From IMG/VR virus record IMGVR_UViG_3300035515_000158: a stretch of DNA of 64,000 nucleotides; one strand, 5' to 3'. The position numbers were made by a program, and so were the translations under genes. Of the stretch, positions 17,838-28,700 are shown piece by piece; the first letter of the stretch is position 1; each line of letters begins with the position of its first letter. Below the pieces are notes generated by a model. That model ran no database searches. It was not told where the DNA came from and saw nothing but the letters and a program-made list of their open reading frames with translations. The DNA comes from a virus (Duplodnaviria; Heunggongvirae; Uroviricota; Caudoviricetes).

Positions 17838-19577
17838 ATGATTAGTTTACAAAATATATTAGGAACAAAAGGACAGGAATTTCTGGACAATCTTCTAAAT
17901 AAGGAAGTAATTGTCACAGAAAAGTTAAATGCTTCCACTTTGTCATTTCAGAAAAAACAAACTTCTGAAATGGACTTAAATAGAAAACTGACTTTTTACA
18001 AGGGTTCCGGAACAAATAAAAAGGAAATTACAATCGCAGATAGGGTTATGACAACTTTTTATGCGACTGGTATGCAGTATCTAAATAATCTCAGTAAATT
18101 AACTATGGATAGGATACCTGCTAACTGGACATTTGTGTGTAAGTATTTTCCAAGTCATCAACCCAGTTTTATTAATTATTCTGTAATTCCTAAAAATAAC
18201 TTGGTATTATCTTATATTATCACATCAGGGGGAACTCGATTAGAAGATGTTGATGATTTGAGAAACTGGGCTGAGATGTTTGATATCGCTTGTCAAGAAC
18301 CTGTTTATAGAGGTTATCTTACCGAATACCAAAAAGAAAGACTATTGGGCTATATAAAAGACAATAGTAGTAATAAAGAGTCATTCTCTAAATTTATTAT
18401 CACATTGTTGAACACATCATTAACACATTCACTTTATCAAGATGATGGATTTGATGCTCCTATTGATGGATTTGTATTTAAGTTTATTTCTGATGATGGT
18501 ATAACAAAACCATTGTCAGCTAAGTTGATTGATCCTTATATGTCTAATTTGATACTTAAAAAACAATCATATAAGAGTTACAAGGATAATACGGATGTGT
18601 TATTATCTGATTTCTCTGTTTTCATGTCTGGTCAGGATATGGATAGTATTATATTAAAAGGTGAAAGTGAATCGGATAGATATTTGGAACTGTTTTATAG
18701 ACTTTTTAACAGATACATCAAATATAAGAAAACACAATTAGAAGATTTTGATATTGACACAAATGAAGTTGTCAAAGAAAGTATAGATGTAGATTTTGAT
18801 ATTGACATGGACAAAATATCAAATGAAACAACAAAGAAAATACTAAAAGAAAATCCTGAATATAAGTCTATCTTCAAAGCTCTACTTGGTAGTTTTAAGA
18901 CAAAGAAACCCGAAGACTACAAATCATTAGTTATGTCACCGGGTGTTGTTAGACTTTTTAATGATGTTGTTGACAAAATAAATGCAAAAACAACACAAGC
19001 AGATGATGAACAAGACCTATCATTCAGTTCATACTTAAATACTATCCACAAAAAGACCATTAAGGATTTGGATATAAACAATGCACCTGATGTAGTTCAA
19101 AAGAATAATCAATTTGTGGACTTAGAAATAAAAGAACCTACCAGTAATGCACTATCATTCTCTGACTTCAAAAAGAAAGAAAAGAAGAAAGAGGAACATG
19201 ATGAAGAAAAGAAAGAAATCAAATCTATCGAGGACATGATTAAAGACCTACAAAAGTCAGTGAAAAAAGTGTCCGATGATGTAGATGATATTAAATCGAC
19301 TGAAAAAGAAGAAAAAGAAGAATCTGAAAAGTCTGAAAAGGATGATAGTAAGTCTGATGACAAAGATGAAAAGAAAGAAAAGGATGTAAAGGATAAGTCA
19401 TCTGATAAAGAAGATGAAGATGATAAGTCAGAAGATTCAGATAATGAAGATAATGATGAATCCGATGACAATAATTCTGATGATGACAAGTCTGATGATA
19501 AAGATGAAGATAAATCTGATGATGATAATTCAGACAAGAAAGACAAAGATGAAAAACCTTCATTAGCTGGACTTTAA
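17838..19577 (+). CDS. RNA-ligase-like nucleotidyltransferase domain with acidic low-complexity tail
   Basis: VTEKLNAS (motif I-like), IDGFVFK (motif IV-like), SAKLID (motif V-like); D/E/K/S-rich C-terminus. Confidence 0.5.
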   Translation: MISLQNILGTKGQEFLDNLLNKEVIVTEKLNASTLSFQKKQTSEMDLNRKLTFYKGSGTNKKEITIADRVMTTFYATGMQYLNNLSKLTMDRIPANWTFVCKYFPSHQPSFINYSVIPKNNLVLSYIITSGGTRLEDVDDLRNWAEMFDIACQEPVYRGYLTEYQKERLLGYIKDNSSNKESFSKFIITLLNTSLTHSLYQDDGFDAPIDGFVFKFISDDGITKPLSAKLIDPYMSNLILKKQSYKSYKDNTDVLLSDFSVFMSGQDMDSIILKGESESDRYLELFYRLFNRYIKYKKTQLEDFDIDTNEVVKESIDVDFDIDMDKISNETTKKILKENPEYKSIFKALLGSFKTKKPEDYKSLVMSPGVVRLFNDVVDKINAKTTQADDEQDLSFSSYLNTIHKKTIKDLDINNAPDVVQKNNQFVDLEIKEPTSNALSFSDFKKKEKKKEEHDEEKKEIKSIEDMIKDLQKSVKKVSDDVDDIKSTEKEEKEESEKSEKDDSKSDDKDEKKEKDVKDKSSDKEDEDDKSEDSDNEDNDESDDNNSDDDKSDDKDEDKSDDDNSDKKDKDEKPSLAGL

Positions 19578-19614
19578 TTTTTCATAAATATAATAAAAGA
19601 TAGACATTTTAATA

Positions 19615-21204
19615 ATGGACAATGTAAATAAAAATATGCTCAACTTGATTGCCAGTTATAAAAAGACAGGTCAATCGGATGAAGTCATCAGACAATCTTT
19701 GTGGCAATTAGGTATGATTCCTGAAATTATTGAATCACATTTGGACTATTATAACAAACATACAGCCACAGTTGATAAGGATATAAATAATATAGTAAAT
19801 AAGAATAAAGATATGAAATTAACTTTGGAAAGTTTACATACTAATGTTCAAAAGACAATTTCAACTTTGGAAGAAATGAAATCTGACAATAGTCTTGCAT
19901 TCTCCGCTACTACTGCTAAGAATATCATTGAGAATTGTATGTCTCAACTTCAAATTACCAAAGATGATGAATTAGTCTTACAAGAAAAAATTAAAGCTGG
20001 TTATAAGATTGATGATAATCTTGTAAATCCTGTTTTGAAATATACTGTGACTGAAAAACTATACACATCACTTGCACAATTTGATTGGTTAAAACCTGTA
20101 TCTGATTTGAGAGAGATGATTTCTGAGTCATTTGTTGGTGATAGATGGAGTTATGTTGCCTCTAAATTCGCAAAGTCAATCGCTGGTCAAACTTCAAATG
20201 ATGCTTTTGCCAATTTATATGAAAGTCTTATTGACACATTAGTAAGTTCAGAAAATACTCGTAACACTCTTAAAGGTGTATTACTTGAAAACTCTTGGAA
20301 TAGAGAAGGTAAGAAAATCCTTGGTATGATTATCGTTGAGGAAAAATCTGAATTAGGTCAAGTAGATGAAAGAATTTATGAAAACTCAAATTGTAGTTTC
20401 AAGAAAAATCTAACACCTCTATTGAAAGATGATGACAAGATTGTATTTAACCTCAATGGTAAAAACTACTTATTTGATGGGAATACAATGTCTGAAGTAA
20501 ATGTAACAGATAGACGTTATTGTAATGTTCTTGAAGGTCTGAACATTATGAAATACGAAGCAGATAAAGACCGTCTTGTTTATTATGGTAAGAATAATAT
20601 GGTTCTTGAATATGACTGTACAAATGACAAGATTGGTTTAACTGGTGTAGAAGACATCAATGACCGTTCTATTATTGAAATATATGAAACTTTGAAGAAA
20701 TGTGGTATCTTCGACAGAGATACGATTAAATATTGTGAACCTCTTGTTAAATTCTTTGAAAGTAAGGATATGTTGAAAAACCTTGACATCATAACCACAG
20801 TTCAACACAATAACTTCGCTGGTCTATTTGTAAGTGTAATTAGTGTGAATGAAGGTGTTTATGTTAACAAAGTAAACAAACCTATGGGTTATAACGAGTT
20901 GGTTCTTTGTGAAAATGCTAAGAAAGCTTGTGATGTAATTAAAGACTTTATGAAATATGATGCAACTGTCATTCTTGAAGACCGTTTGAAACTTGAAGGT
21001 GAACAACAAGCTATCATTGAATCAGAAAGAAATGAAATCAAAGACACACTAAGTTTCCTAAATGAAGAAAGAAATAAACTAATCTCAGCAATCCAAGAAA
21101 CCAATAATGATGGTCAATTAAAGGAAGCTCTAAAATTAGTAGAAAGTGAAATTCATAAATTTGAAAAGAAACTTCAAGAAAGTTATAATGTAAAAAAAAA
21201 GTAA
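19615..21204 (+). CDS. Hypothetical virion protein with coiled-coil C-terminus
   Basis: 529-aa ORF with a late promoter; ends GTA AAA AAA AAG TAA. Confidence 0.7.
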   Translation: MDNVNKNMLNLIASYKKTGQSDEVIRQSLWQLGMIPEIIESHLDYYNKHTATVDKDINNIVNKNKDMKLTLESLHTNVQKTISTLEEMKSDNSLAFSATTAKNIIENCMSQLQITKDDELVLQEKIKAGYKIDDNLVNPVLKYTVTEKLYTSLAQFDWLKPVSDLREMISESFVGDRWSYVASKFAKSIAGQTSNDAFANLYESLIDTLVSSENTRNTLKGVLLENSWNREGKKILGMIIVEEKSELGQVDERIYENSNCSFKKNLTPLLKDDDKIVFNLNGKNYLFDGNTMSEVNVTDRRYCNVLEGLNIMKYEADKDRLVYYGKNNMVLEYDCTNDKIGLTGVEDINDRSIIEIYETLKKCGIFDRDTIKYCEPLVKFFESKDMLKNLDIITTVQHNNFAGLFVSVISVNEGVYVNKVNKPMGYNELVLCENAKKACDVIKDFMKYDATVILEDRLKLEGEQQAIIESERNEIKDTLSFLNEERNKLISAIQETNNDGQLKEALKLVESEIHKFEKKLQESYNVKKK

Positions 21205-21446
21205 ATGAAACTTTTCTTGATGATAAAGTAGATCCTAAGTTTTTAGAGTTTGATGAAAAGAAGATGAAGAAAAATGGATTTATTGAAGTAGTTGCGACAA
21301 AAGATATTGATGAACTTAAAAAAGGTGATAAAGTTTTTGTTAGTTCAACTGAGTTTGGTCAATTAGATGATGATGCCGTAGTTACTTGTTATAAAGGTAA
21401 AAAAGAATTATTTATACCTAAGAATAGTTTAGAAATTACAAAATAG
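21201..21446 (+). CDS. Putative -1 frameshift extension of 19615-21204 (or a separate 60-aa ORF from 21264)
   Basis: The -1 frame is open from the A9G run: VNETFLDDKVDPKFLEFDEKKMKKNGFIEVVATK... Confidence 0.6.
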   Translation, partial: VNETFLDDKVDPKFLEFDEKKMKKNGFIEVVATKDIDELKKGDKVFVSSTEFGQLDDDAVVTCYKGKKELFIPKNSLEITK

Positions 21447-21481
21447 TTAAGAAAGTCAGGGAATTTTAACGTTTCCTGACT

Positions 21482-21494
21482 TTTGTTATATTTA
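21482..21494 (+). promoter_or_regulatory. Putative middle promoter TTTGTTATATTTA
   Basis: Follows a terminator hairpin (21453-21482) and precedes the gp55-like gene. Confidence 0.7.
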
Positions 21495-21520
21495 ATACAG
21501 ATATATCTTAACACACGAAA

Positions 21521-21895
21521 ATGAGTAAAAAGAGTAAGAAATATCTAAACAGTGAGGACTTAAAAGAGGAGATTCTAAAATGTAAAGATTCTAAGATTGC
21601 GAGTGAAAAACTTGGAAGGATGTTTCAAATATTAGTTGAAAACGTTTCGAGAAGTTTCTACTGGGAAAATCCTGCGGATGGTGATGATTGTAAGGCTAAT
21701 GCTTTATTTGACTTGTGTAATAACTTTTGGAAATATGAACCGGAGAATGGAAATGCTTTTAGTTTTTGTTCTCAGATTTGTTTCTTTGGTATTGCGGGAG
21801 CTCACAGAATATTACATCCCAAAAAATATGAAGGCACAATATCTCTAACTTGTTTAGATTCAAATGGTAAAAATTTTGATATGTATAATATCTAA
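21521..21895 (+). CDS. Late sigma factor, gp55-like
   Basis: YLNSEDLKEEI..LGRMFQILVENVS..F..DDCKANA..KYEPENGNAFSFCSQI matches the gp55 region-2 pattern. Confidence 0.7.
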   Translation: MSKKSKKYLNSEDLKEEILKCKDSKIASEKLGRMFQILVENVSRSFYWENPADGDDCKANALFDLCNNFWKYEPENGNAFSFCSQICFFGIAGAHRILHPKKYEGTISLTCLDSNGKNFDMYNI

Positions 21896-21897
21896 TT

Positions 21898-21927
21898 ATC
21901 AGGGGGGTTATCCTCCTGATTTTTTTT
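21898..21927 (+). terminator. Intrinsic terminator
   Basis: ATCAGGGGG/CCTCCTGAT stem plus T run. Confidence 0.75.
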
Positions 21928-21965
21928 CATAAATACCTATATAAGTACAATGTAGATTTAACAAC

Positions 21966-23255
21966 ATGAATCCAAAGTTATTCTCTAATGATAACATAAC
22001 AGGTAACTCTTTAATTGGTTTTGAGATTAAAGGTGTTTTTAAGGATGATGAAAATGTGTTATTAGAAAAACTCAAAGATATTCTAAATCGAAACATTACA
22101 TATTCAAATAATGATTATAGATTACTCGAACCATCTGACCTCGCGGCAGTTGTTATGAAAAGTAATTCATCATATATCATCAAGACACCAATGTATTCTT
22201 ATTTTGAAGCGATTTATGTCATGCCCAGAATAATGGAATACATGAAAAATCTTAAACATTATAAAAATTCACATCTATATATTAAGATTGGATTTAATAA
22301 TGATTTTCTTGATTTATCCAAACTCAATATACTGAAATTCATTTTTGAGTTTAAGGAAGATGTAATATTAAAAGATTTAGGTGATATAACAAAGAAAACA
22401 AACATCAAAAAATTATCAGACCTAAAACCGAATACATTGTTAAGTTGTAATGATAATATCCAAAAACAAGTTGAGACATATCGTTTCTTGACACCGGAAG
22501 AAGATAATTTTGGTATTTCATTCGCTGACCTTAATAATGGTTATATTCTTTTCAAATACCCACAAGATATTAACTATCGTGATAAATGGGAAGAAATACT
22601 CAAAGACATGAATCACACTATCGTCACATTATATAATACTACTACAAATGATAAGTTTGACGATAAGGAAATTGAAAAAATAGATAAACTCAACAAATCA
22701 TTCCATGACTATGCTACTGCGTTTGGATGTTATGAAATGTTCTTGAATAGATTTAAGTCAATTAAGTTAACAGTTGACCTTAATAATGATAAAGCTGTTG
22801 TTGATACTATTTTCTCATCTATCAGGGAAAAATTATTCAACATTACAATTTATAACAATATTACTGATGTTAACATTAATTATGACACTGATGTTTCAAA
22901 GTTACAAATACAAAACATTGACTTAAAGAACTGTTATCACATAGATGGTATTGACATTGTAAACTGTGATATTATTGAGTCATATATTAAAGAGTGTGAT
23001 TTGTATGACTGTAACATCAAAGACAGTCAAATTGATAAATGTAGTTTATTTGGATATGCTAATGCTAATGATTCTAAATTTAAGGATTGTTACATTAGTC
23101 AAAACATTAAACTCAAAGATTGTGATGTAAAAGGAGCTTTAGGTAAAATGGGTGGAACTATGATTGGTGGTAGTTTAGAAGATACCACAGTTTTAGTTGA
23201 CTTAGCTGACATTCATGACAATGTTGAAAAAGATAATGTAAATGAAATTAAATAA
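21966..23255 (+). CDS. Degenerate amidoligase-like domain with C-terminal pentapeptide-like beta-helix
   Basis: LIGFEIKG resembles the amidoligase GxExE motif; C-terminal IVNCDIIESYIKECDLYDCNI repeats. Confidence 0.45.
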   Translation: MNPKLFSNDNITGNSLIGFEIKGVFKDDENVLLEKLKDILNRNITYSNNDYRLLEPSDLAAVVMKSNSSYIIKTPMYSYFEAIYVMPRIMEYMKNLKHYKNSHLYIKIGFNNDFLDLSKLNILKFIFEFKEDVILKDLGDITKKTNIKKLSDLKPNTLLSCNDNIQKQVETYRFLTPEEDNFGISFADLNNGYILFKYPQDINYRDKWEEILKDMNHTIVTLYNTTTNDKFDDKEIEKIDKLNKSFHDYATAFGCYEMFLNRFKSIKLTVDLNNDKAVVDTIFSSIREKLFNITIYNNITDVNINYDTDVSKLQIQNIDLKNCYHIDGIDIVNCDIIESYIKECDLYDCNIKDSQIDKCSLFGYANANDSKFKDCYISQNIKLKDCDVKGALGKMGGTMIGGSLEDTTVLVDLADIHDNVEKDNVNEIK

Positions 23256-23620
23256 TGGCAAATCTAAAAGAGATATATTGTATTCCTGCTAATGAAAGTA
23301 GATATGTTTCAAATACTGTTGAAATCACATCAGAATTAGATACAATCATTCAACAAGTGGATTTATTATTATTCACAAACAAAGGTGATGTATTACTGAT
23401 GCCTGAATTTGGTTGTAATTTGGAAAAATATCTCTTTGAAACAACTTGGAATGAAACCGCTATTAAACAGATGATACAAGAACAAATCAGAAATTACATC
23501 TATCTCGAAGGAAGTTATACAGTTGATGTTGATGTTAATTTCTACAAATGGGATTTCAATGTGGCAATGGTGGTTGACCTAAATATCAACAACACAAAGG
23601 TGGCGAGTTATCTGGTTTAA
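23255..23620 (+). CDS. Baseplate wedge subunit, gp25-like
   Basis: LLFTNKGDVLLMPEFGCNLEKYLFE is the GPW/gp25 signature. Confidence 0.85.
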   Translation: MANLKEIYCIPANESRYVSNTVEITSELDTIIQQVDLLLFTNKGDVLLMPEFGCNLEKYLFETTWNETAIKQMIQEQIRNYIYLEGSYTVDVDVNFYKWDFNVAMVVDLNINNTKVASYLV

Positions 23621-23628
23621 CAATATAT

Positions 23629-23657
23629 AAGGAGGAAAGTCAAATTCCTCCTTTTTT
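23629..23657 (+). terminator. Intrinsic terminator
   Basis: AAGGAGGAA/TTCCTCCTT stem plus T run. Confidence 0.75.
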
Positions 23658-23686
23658 CATAAATACCTATATAATCATTACTTTAG

Positions 23687-25459
23687 ATGGCTACATTTTT
23701 TTCAAAGTTAAGACTTACTGCTTCCAATATAATGGAACAGGCCGTTAATTTTCTTTATGAAAAATATGACCAAGCAACTCATGTGTTCACTCCCGCGAGT
23801 CCATTTGGTCAGTTATTGGTTGTAATTGCTAACATTTCAGAATTAATATTTACTTATATATCACACACCGCTGAGGAATTAAATATTCAAACGGCTCAGA
23901 ATATTGAAACAATACATGGTCTATCCAGATTAACCGGACATGATCCATACAGAGGTGCCAGTGCTTATGGTTCATTCGCGATAAAGATTAACACTTCTTC
24001 TGATTTAATTGATGGTAATTATCTTATCATTAACAATTTCACAAGATTTATTATCAAGGAAACAGGTCAAACTTACATTATGAACTTACCACATGATTAT
24101 ATAAAATTACAAGTGGGTTCTACTGATTTTACAACAGTTCAGTTCATACAAGGTGAAGTTGAATCACAAACCTTTACATCGAGTGGTGAAGCTCTACAAA
24201 CATTTAATCCTGTTATCTCAGGTATGACAGATAATGATAATGTTACGATTACTGTTAATGGTGAACAATGGAGAAAGGTAATGAGTTTATATGATATGCC
24301 TGCTGATGATGGTGAGGATGCTTGTAAATGTTTCATGGTTAAGACCTCTGTTAATGTTGGTCTAACTGTTATCTTTGGTAATGGTAACTTCGGTAAAATT
24401 CCACCAAAGGGTTCATCTATCATAATCACATATATAAAAACAGCGGGTAGTGCCGGTAATGCATATTCTACTGGTTTGAATTATAACTTCTTAGATGCTG
24501 GTCAAGATGAATCAGGTAATGATGTTGATTTGAATAATGTGATTACTGTTGAAACAATTTATCCACCTTTGATGGGTGCCGATTATGAGGATCCAGAATT
24601 TACTAAGTTGATTGCACCTAAGACAAGTAAATCAATGGTCTTGGCTACTCCTGAAAGTTATGTTAATTTCTTATCAAAGTATAATCAATATTCTTTCATA
24701 TATGCTTACAATACAAAAGATGATGATAACATATATGATGATAATGTGATATATCTAAAGGTATTCCCTAACATTAAAAAGAAATTAACATCAACACAAG
24801 ATTACTTTGAACTAACAACAGCTGACTTCTTATTAACAAGTGATGAAAAGGAAGTGTTAGAAGATGCCATTATTAACTCAGGACAAATGTTGGTTAATAC
24901 AGAGATTTCAATTATAGACCCTGTGATTAATCGTTTTATTATAAATGTCATAATTCGTTATTTTGAAAACTCAGATATAAATGCAATTAAGACAGACATT
25001 AGACAACAAATGAGTAATTATTTCCTGAATATAAACAGAAATGACATCATCCCTCTATCTGATTTAATTGCATTGGTAGAAGGTATTGATGGTGTTGATA
25101 CTTGTGATATATTCTTCATCAATGAGAAAAATGAGGAAGCAATTAAAAACAGAGGATATATGTCAACAACAAGTACATGGGATAATCTTCAATATGTAAC
25201 AACTGAAAAATGGGTTTACATATCAGGTGATGATGACCCCGGTTTAGGATTTGATTCATTTGGTAATATTGTTGTTGATGAAAATACCATATGTATCCCA
25301 AGAGGTGGATGGAGTGATAGAGATGGTAATTACTATTCTGAAACACCACAAACAGGTTCACTCGGTCCCCTTAATATATTCTTCTTGGATAAAGTTGAAT
25401 ATTCCGCTTACAATAGAAATATGCAAAAGAAACTAACAGACCTACTTAAAAATAGTTAA
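23687..25459 (+). CDS. Baseplate wedge subunit, gp6/baseplate J-like
   Basis: IFGNGNFGKIPPKGSSIIITYIKTAGSAGN; follows gp25. Confidence 0.8.
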   Translation: MATFFSKLRLTASNIMEQAVNFLYEKYDQATHVFTPASPFGQLLVVIANISELIFTYISHTAEELNIQTAQNIETIHGLSRLTGHDPYRGASAYGSFAIKINTSSDLIDGNYLIINNFTRFIIKETGQTYIMNLPHDYIKLQVGSTDFTTVQFIQGEVESQTFTSSGEALQTFNPVISGMTDNDNVTITVNGEQWRKVMSLYDMPADDGEDACKCFMVKTSVNVGLTVIFGNGNFGKIPPKGSSIIITYIKTAGSAGNAYSTGLNYNFLDAGQDESGNDVDLNNVITVETIYPPLMGADYEDPEFTKLIAPKTSKSMVLATPESYVNFLSKYNQYSFIYAYNTKDDDNIYDDNVIYLKVFPNIKKKLTSTQDYFELTTADFLLTSDEKEVLEDAIINSGQMLVNTEISIIDPVINRFIINVIIRYFENSDINAIKTDIRQQMSNYFLNINRNDIIPLSDLIALVEGIDGVDTCDIFFINEKNEEAIKNRGYMSTTSTWDNLQYVTTEKWVYISGDDDPGLGFDSFGNIVVDENTICIPRGGWSDRDGNYYSETPQTGSLGPLNIFFLDKVEYSAYNRNMQKKLTDLLKNS

Positions 25460-25461
25460 TT

Positions 25462-25746
25462 ATGGATACATCAAAAATATCAGACGTAAATCTAAACAAC
25501 TATAAAGGATTTGATTCTTTATATGACTATGTTGATGAATATGGATGGGAACTCAAAAATAAAGGTTTTGATTATGAAAATAACCTAATGGAAGTATCAA
25601 CAAGTAAATACCTCCAAAAGAACCCAACTATGAAAAGTTTCTTCCCATATTTGAATAAGATGATGTCTCATTTAATTAATAGTGTAAAATACCTCAGAAA
25701 TTTCAATAACTGGGCTGTTAAAAAAGATTACAAATACATAAACTAA
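25462..25746 (+). CDS. Hypothetical protein (baseplate cluster)
   Basis: 94-aa ORF tightly packed between its neighbours. Confidence 0.6.
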   Translation: MDTSKISDVNLNNYKGFDSLYDYVDEYGWELKNKGFDYENNLMEVSTSKYLQKNPTMKSFFPYLNKMMSHLINSVKYLRNFNNWAVKKDYKYIN

Positions 25747-28700
25747 TGGAGGTTAAGAATTTACATTTTTTTGATAATTCAGGATATGAATTGAATTTTG
25801 AGTGGAATGAAAATCTAAGTTCTTGGGAAGGTAATGTTTATCTTCCTAAAGTAAGTCTTGGTCTTTATTCTAACACGACTATATACATATTAGAGGAAAT
25901 TCAGGAAACTGTTGAGTATGGTGAATTTGAAAAACACAAAGAGGAAACAACATCTCGATTTGTATTTCCAAGAAGAACCAAAAATACAGGTGATGATAAA
26001 TTAATGATTCAATGGGATGTGTTGAATGAATATGTGGATGAATTTTTTATGTTCACATTTGATGAAACATATAGACCAACGGAAACATCAGCCTTAACTT
26101 TCACACCTAATGATGGTCCGAGTTGTGAGACCTTACTACTCAACAGATTTGACACATATGAAATACCTTTGGATGGAACAACTCTCGATAGTGAAGATTG
26201 TGACACACCTATTCCTATCCATGTTGCATTTTCATCACCAGACCAATACAATGCAACAACTTTCAAAAGGTCATTAATTATATACTATGATCACAAAGAA
26301 ATTGCTCGTATTACTTTCTATGCAGAGACAGTTGAAGAAGATGAGAGATTAAAAATATGGAATCACAACTTAGGTTATAATATCACAAAGGATGATGCAC
26401 TTCTTTTCTATGATGCTGATATTAAAGAAGGTAAACCAGACTATATGTTATTAAATCAAAAACGTAAGGAATTACTTATTGAAGGTCATAACATATATCC
26501 TTACATTGGTTCTTACAAGGCACTCTTAAACGTCATTAAATTCTTTGGTTATAACAACCTAAACATTATTGAGTTTTGGAAGAATATTAACCCAGATGAT
26601 GATGGATTTGGTAAAGTATATATAAGTAAAAAATATACACTTAGTGAAGATGGTTGTGTTCACTTAAAAAACACAGAAATTAAGTTACCTAATAAGAACT
26701 ACACTAAGTTAAATAAATTAGCACTGTCATACACTATCAATACTCCAACAACAGAAGTAGATTTGTATGAATTACCATATATCAAAGAAAGTTTTACATA
26801 CACAATAGAAGAAGTATTAGTTAAACTCTTTGCCTTGTGTCAAAAACTAAATAAGGAATTTCTACCTCTTAACACCAGAATCATCGACATCATGGGTGAA
26901 GGTAGTTATTTTGGTATTCAATTATTTAAGAATGGGTTTTCATATTCAACAGTAGAGTATGATAGAGATGAAACACAAGTATCTATTGATTGTTATCCAT
27001 CTAGTATTGTTCACATTTCGGATGACCAATATTTCAATGATTATATATTGAGAAAGAAAAGTGAGAAATCAAATAGTAGAGTAGAAACCGAAACGATATT
27101 AAATAGTATCAAAGATGTAACATTAGCTGATTTTGATAACTTTAATGAACAAATAATTACAACAACAGATATTAACACTTTAGGTTTATCAGAATCTAAG
27201 AAATGTGAGTTATATAAAGAATATTACAATCGTTTGACTTATACCTTTAGAGAAACTGAAGATATAGTAGATAATGATATATATGATTCTGTTCCTCCTG
27301 AAATTCTTGACCAACCTGTCACTTCACCGGGTGCGGAAAATGAAGACTATAACATTACCATCGCTCCCATGAATAAACTTGGAACAGGTATCTCAGCCAA
27401 GGTTATTTTGACCAATACAACATTTGAAAACATGACATTTGATGATTTTCAATGTGCGTTTATGTTTGTTGGTCAGTCATTCGATTCAACAGTAGGTACA
27501 TCTGATTTCCAATATGACTACGAATATTCAGTAAGAACAAATGAAGATGGTTCATATGCATATAACACTAATGACTTAAATCATGGTCAAAAACAAAAAA
27601 TAAAAACCATGATAGAATGGAAAGTTATTTTCTCTGATGACCAAGATGATGATGACTTAAAAGATGCAGAAAGAGCAGAGTATTACAACACAGTCAAAGA
27701 ATTATATGAAGAAACTAATGACCCTGTTTTAGAAGGATTATTGGATTGGACACCTCGATTGAATGAAGTCTTAGAAGAACAAAATAGAACCATGTATCAA
27801 CCTAAGAATGAAAAGGGTGATGAAGGAATGGTGACTAAAAAATTCTCGGCTGTCAAATATGGAACTTCTACTGAAATGAACTCTGTTTTATTTGAACTTC
27901 CATACACCGGATATTATGATGTATATATGACTATTCTAAAATATGCGGTTGATGATGAAGGTAAAATTATCAATAGTAATGTCCCGGTAAATGGATATGA
28001 ACCCCATGTATTCAAAAAATATATAAAGGTCGAACCATATAATGTTGATATAAGAGGTTTCTACTATGATGCCAGAGATATTGTTAAAAACTCTCACAAC
28101 TCTTATTTTGACAATTACTATGATGATGAAAGTGCAAATGGATATGAGGATCTTATACTTAGAAAAATTGATGAGTTTACGAAATTTGCACTGGAAGATA
28201 TCAATAGATTTGACACAATATCTGACTATGGATATGATTTAACCGTAGTAAGAAACCCCTCAAAGAATAGAGATATTTATCATATTGGGGATGGTCCCTA
28301 TGGTAAAGGCAATTTCAAATCGGCAGACTATTACATTCAAGATAGAGTTTTGGTTCTTGATAATATTGATGATGATATTGTTAAACTAATACCCAATCTG
28401 AACACTGCAAAGAAAGCAAGATATATTAAAAATGGTGTTGATGTTAAACCTTACACTTGGATATTCTTAACTTTTGATTTCAGTAAAATAGTCCACCGAA
28501 GCCGACCAGTATGGACATTGATAAACAAGTCGACTAAATCTAAAATAACATATACAGGTAAATACTTCACTTGTTTACTTAGAAATGAAGGTTTATATAG
28601 TGTATCATTAACTTTGTATGATGAAAATAATAATGAATATTCTACAACCAGAAATCTTATTGTTGTAGATAACCAAGCTAACTATAAACTATATACTCCA

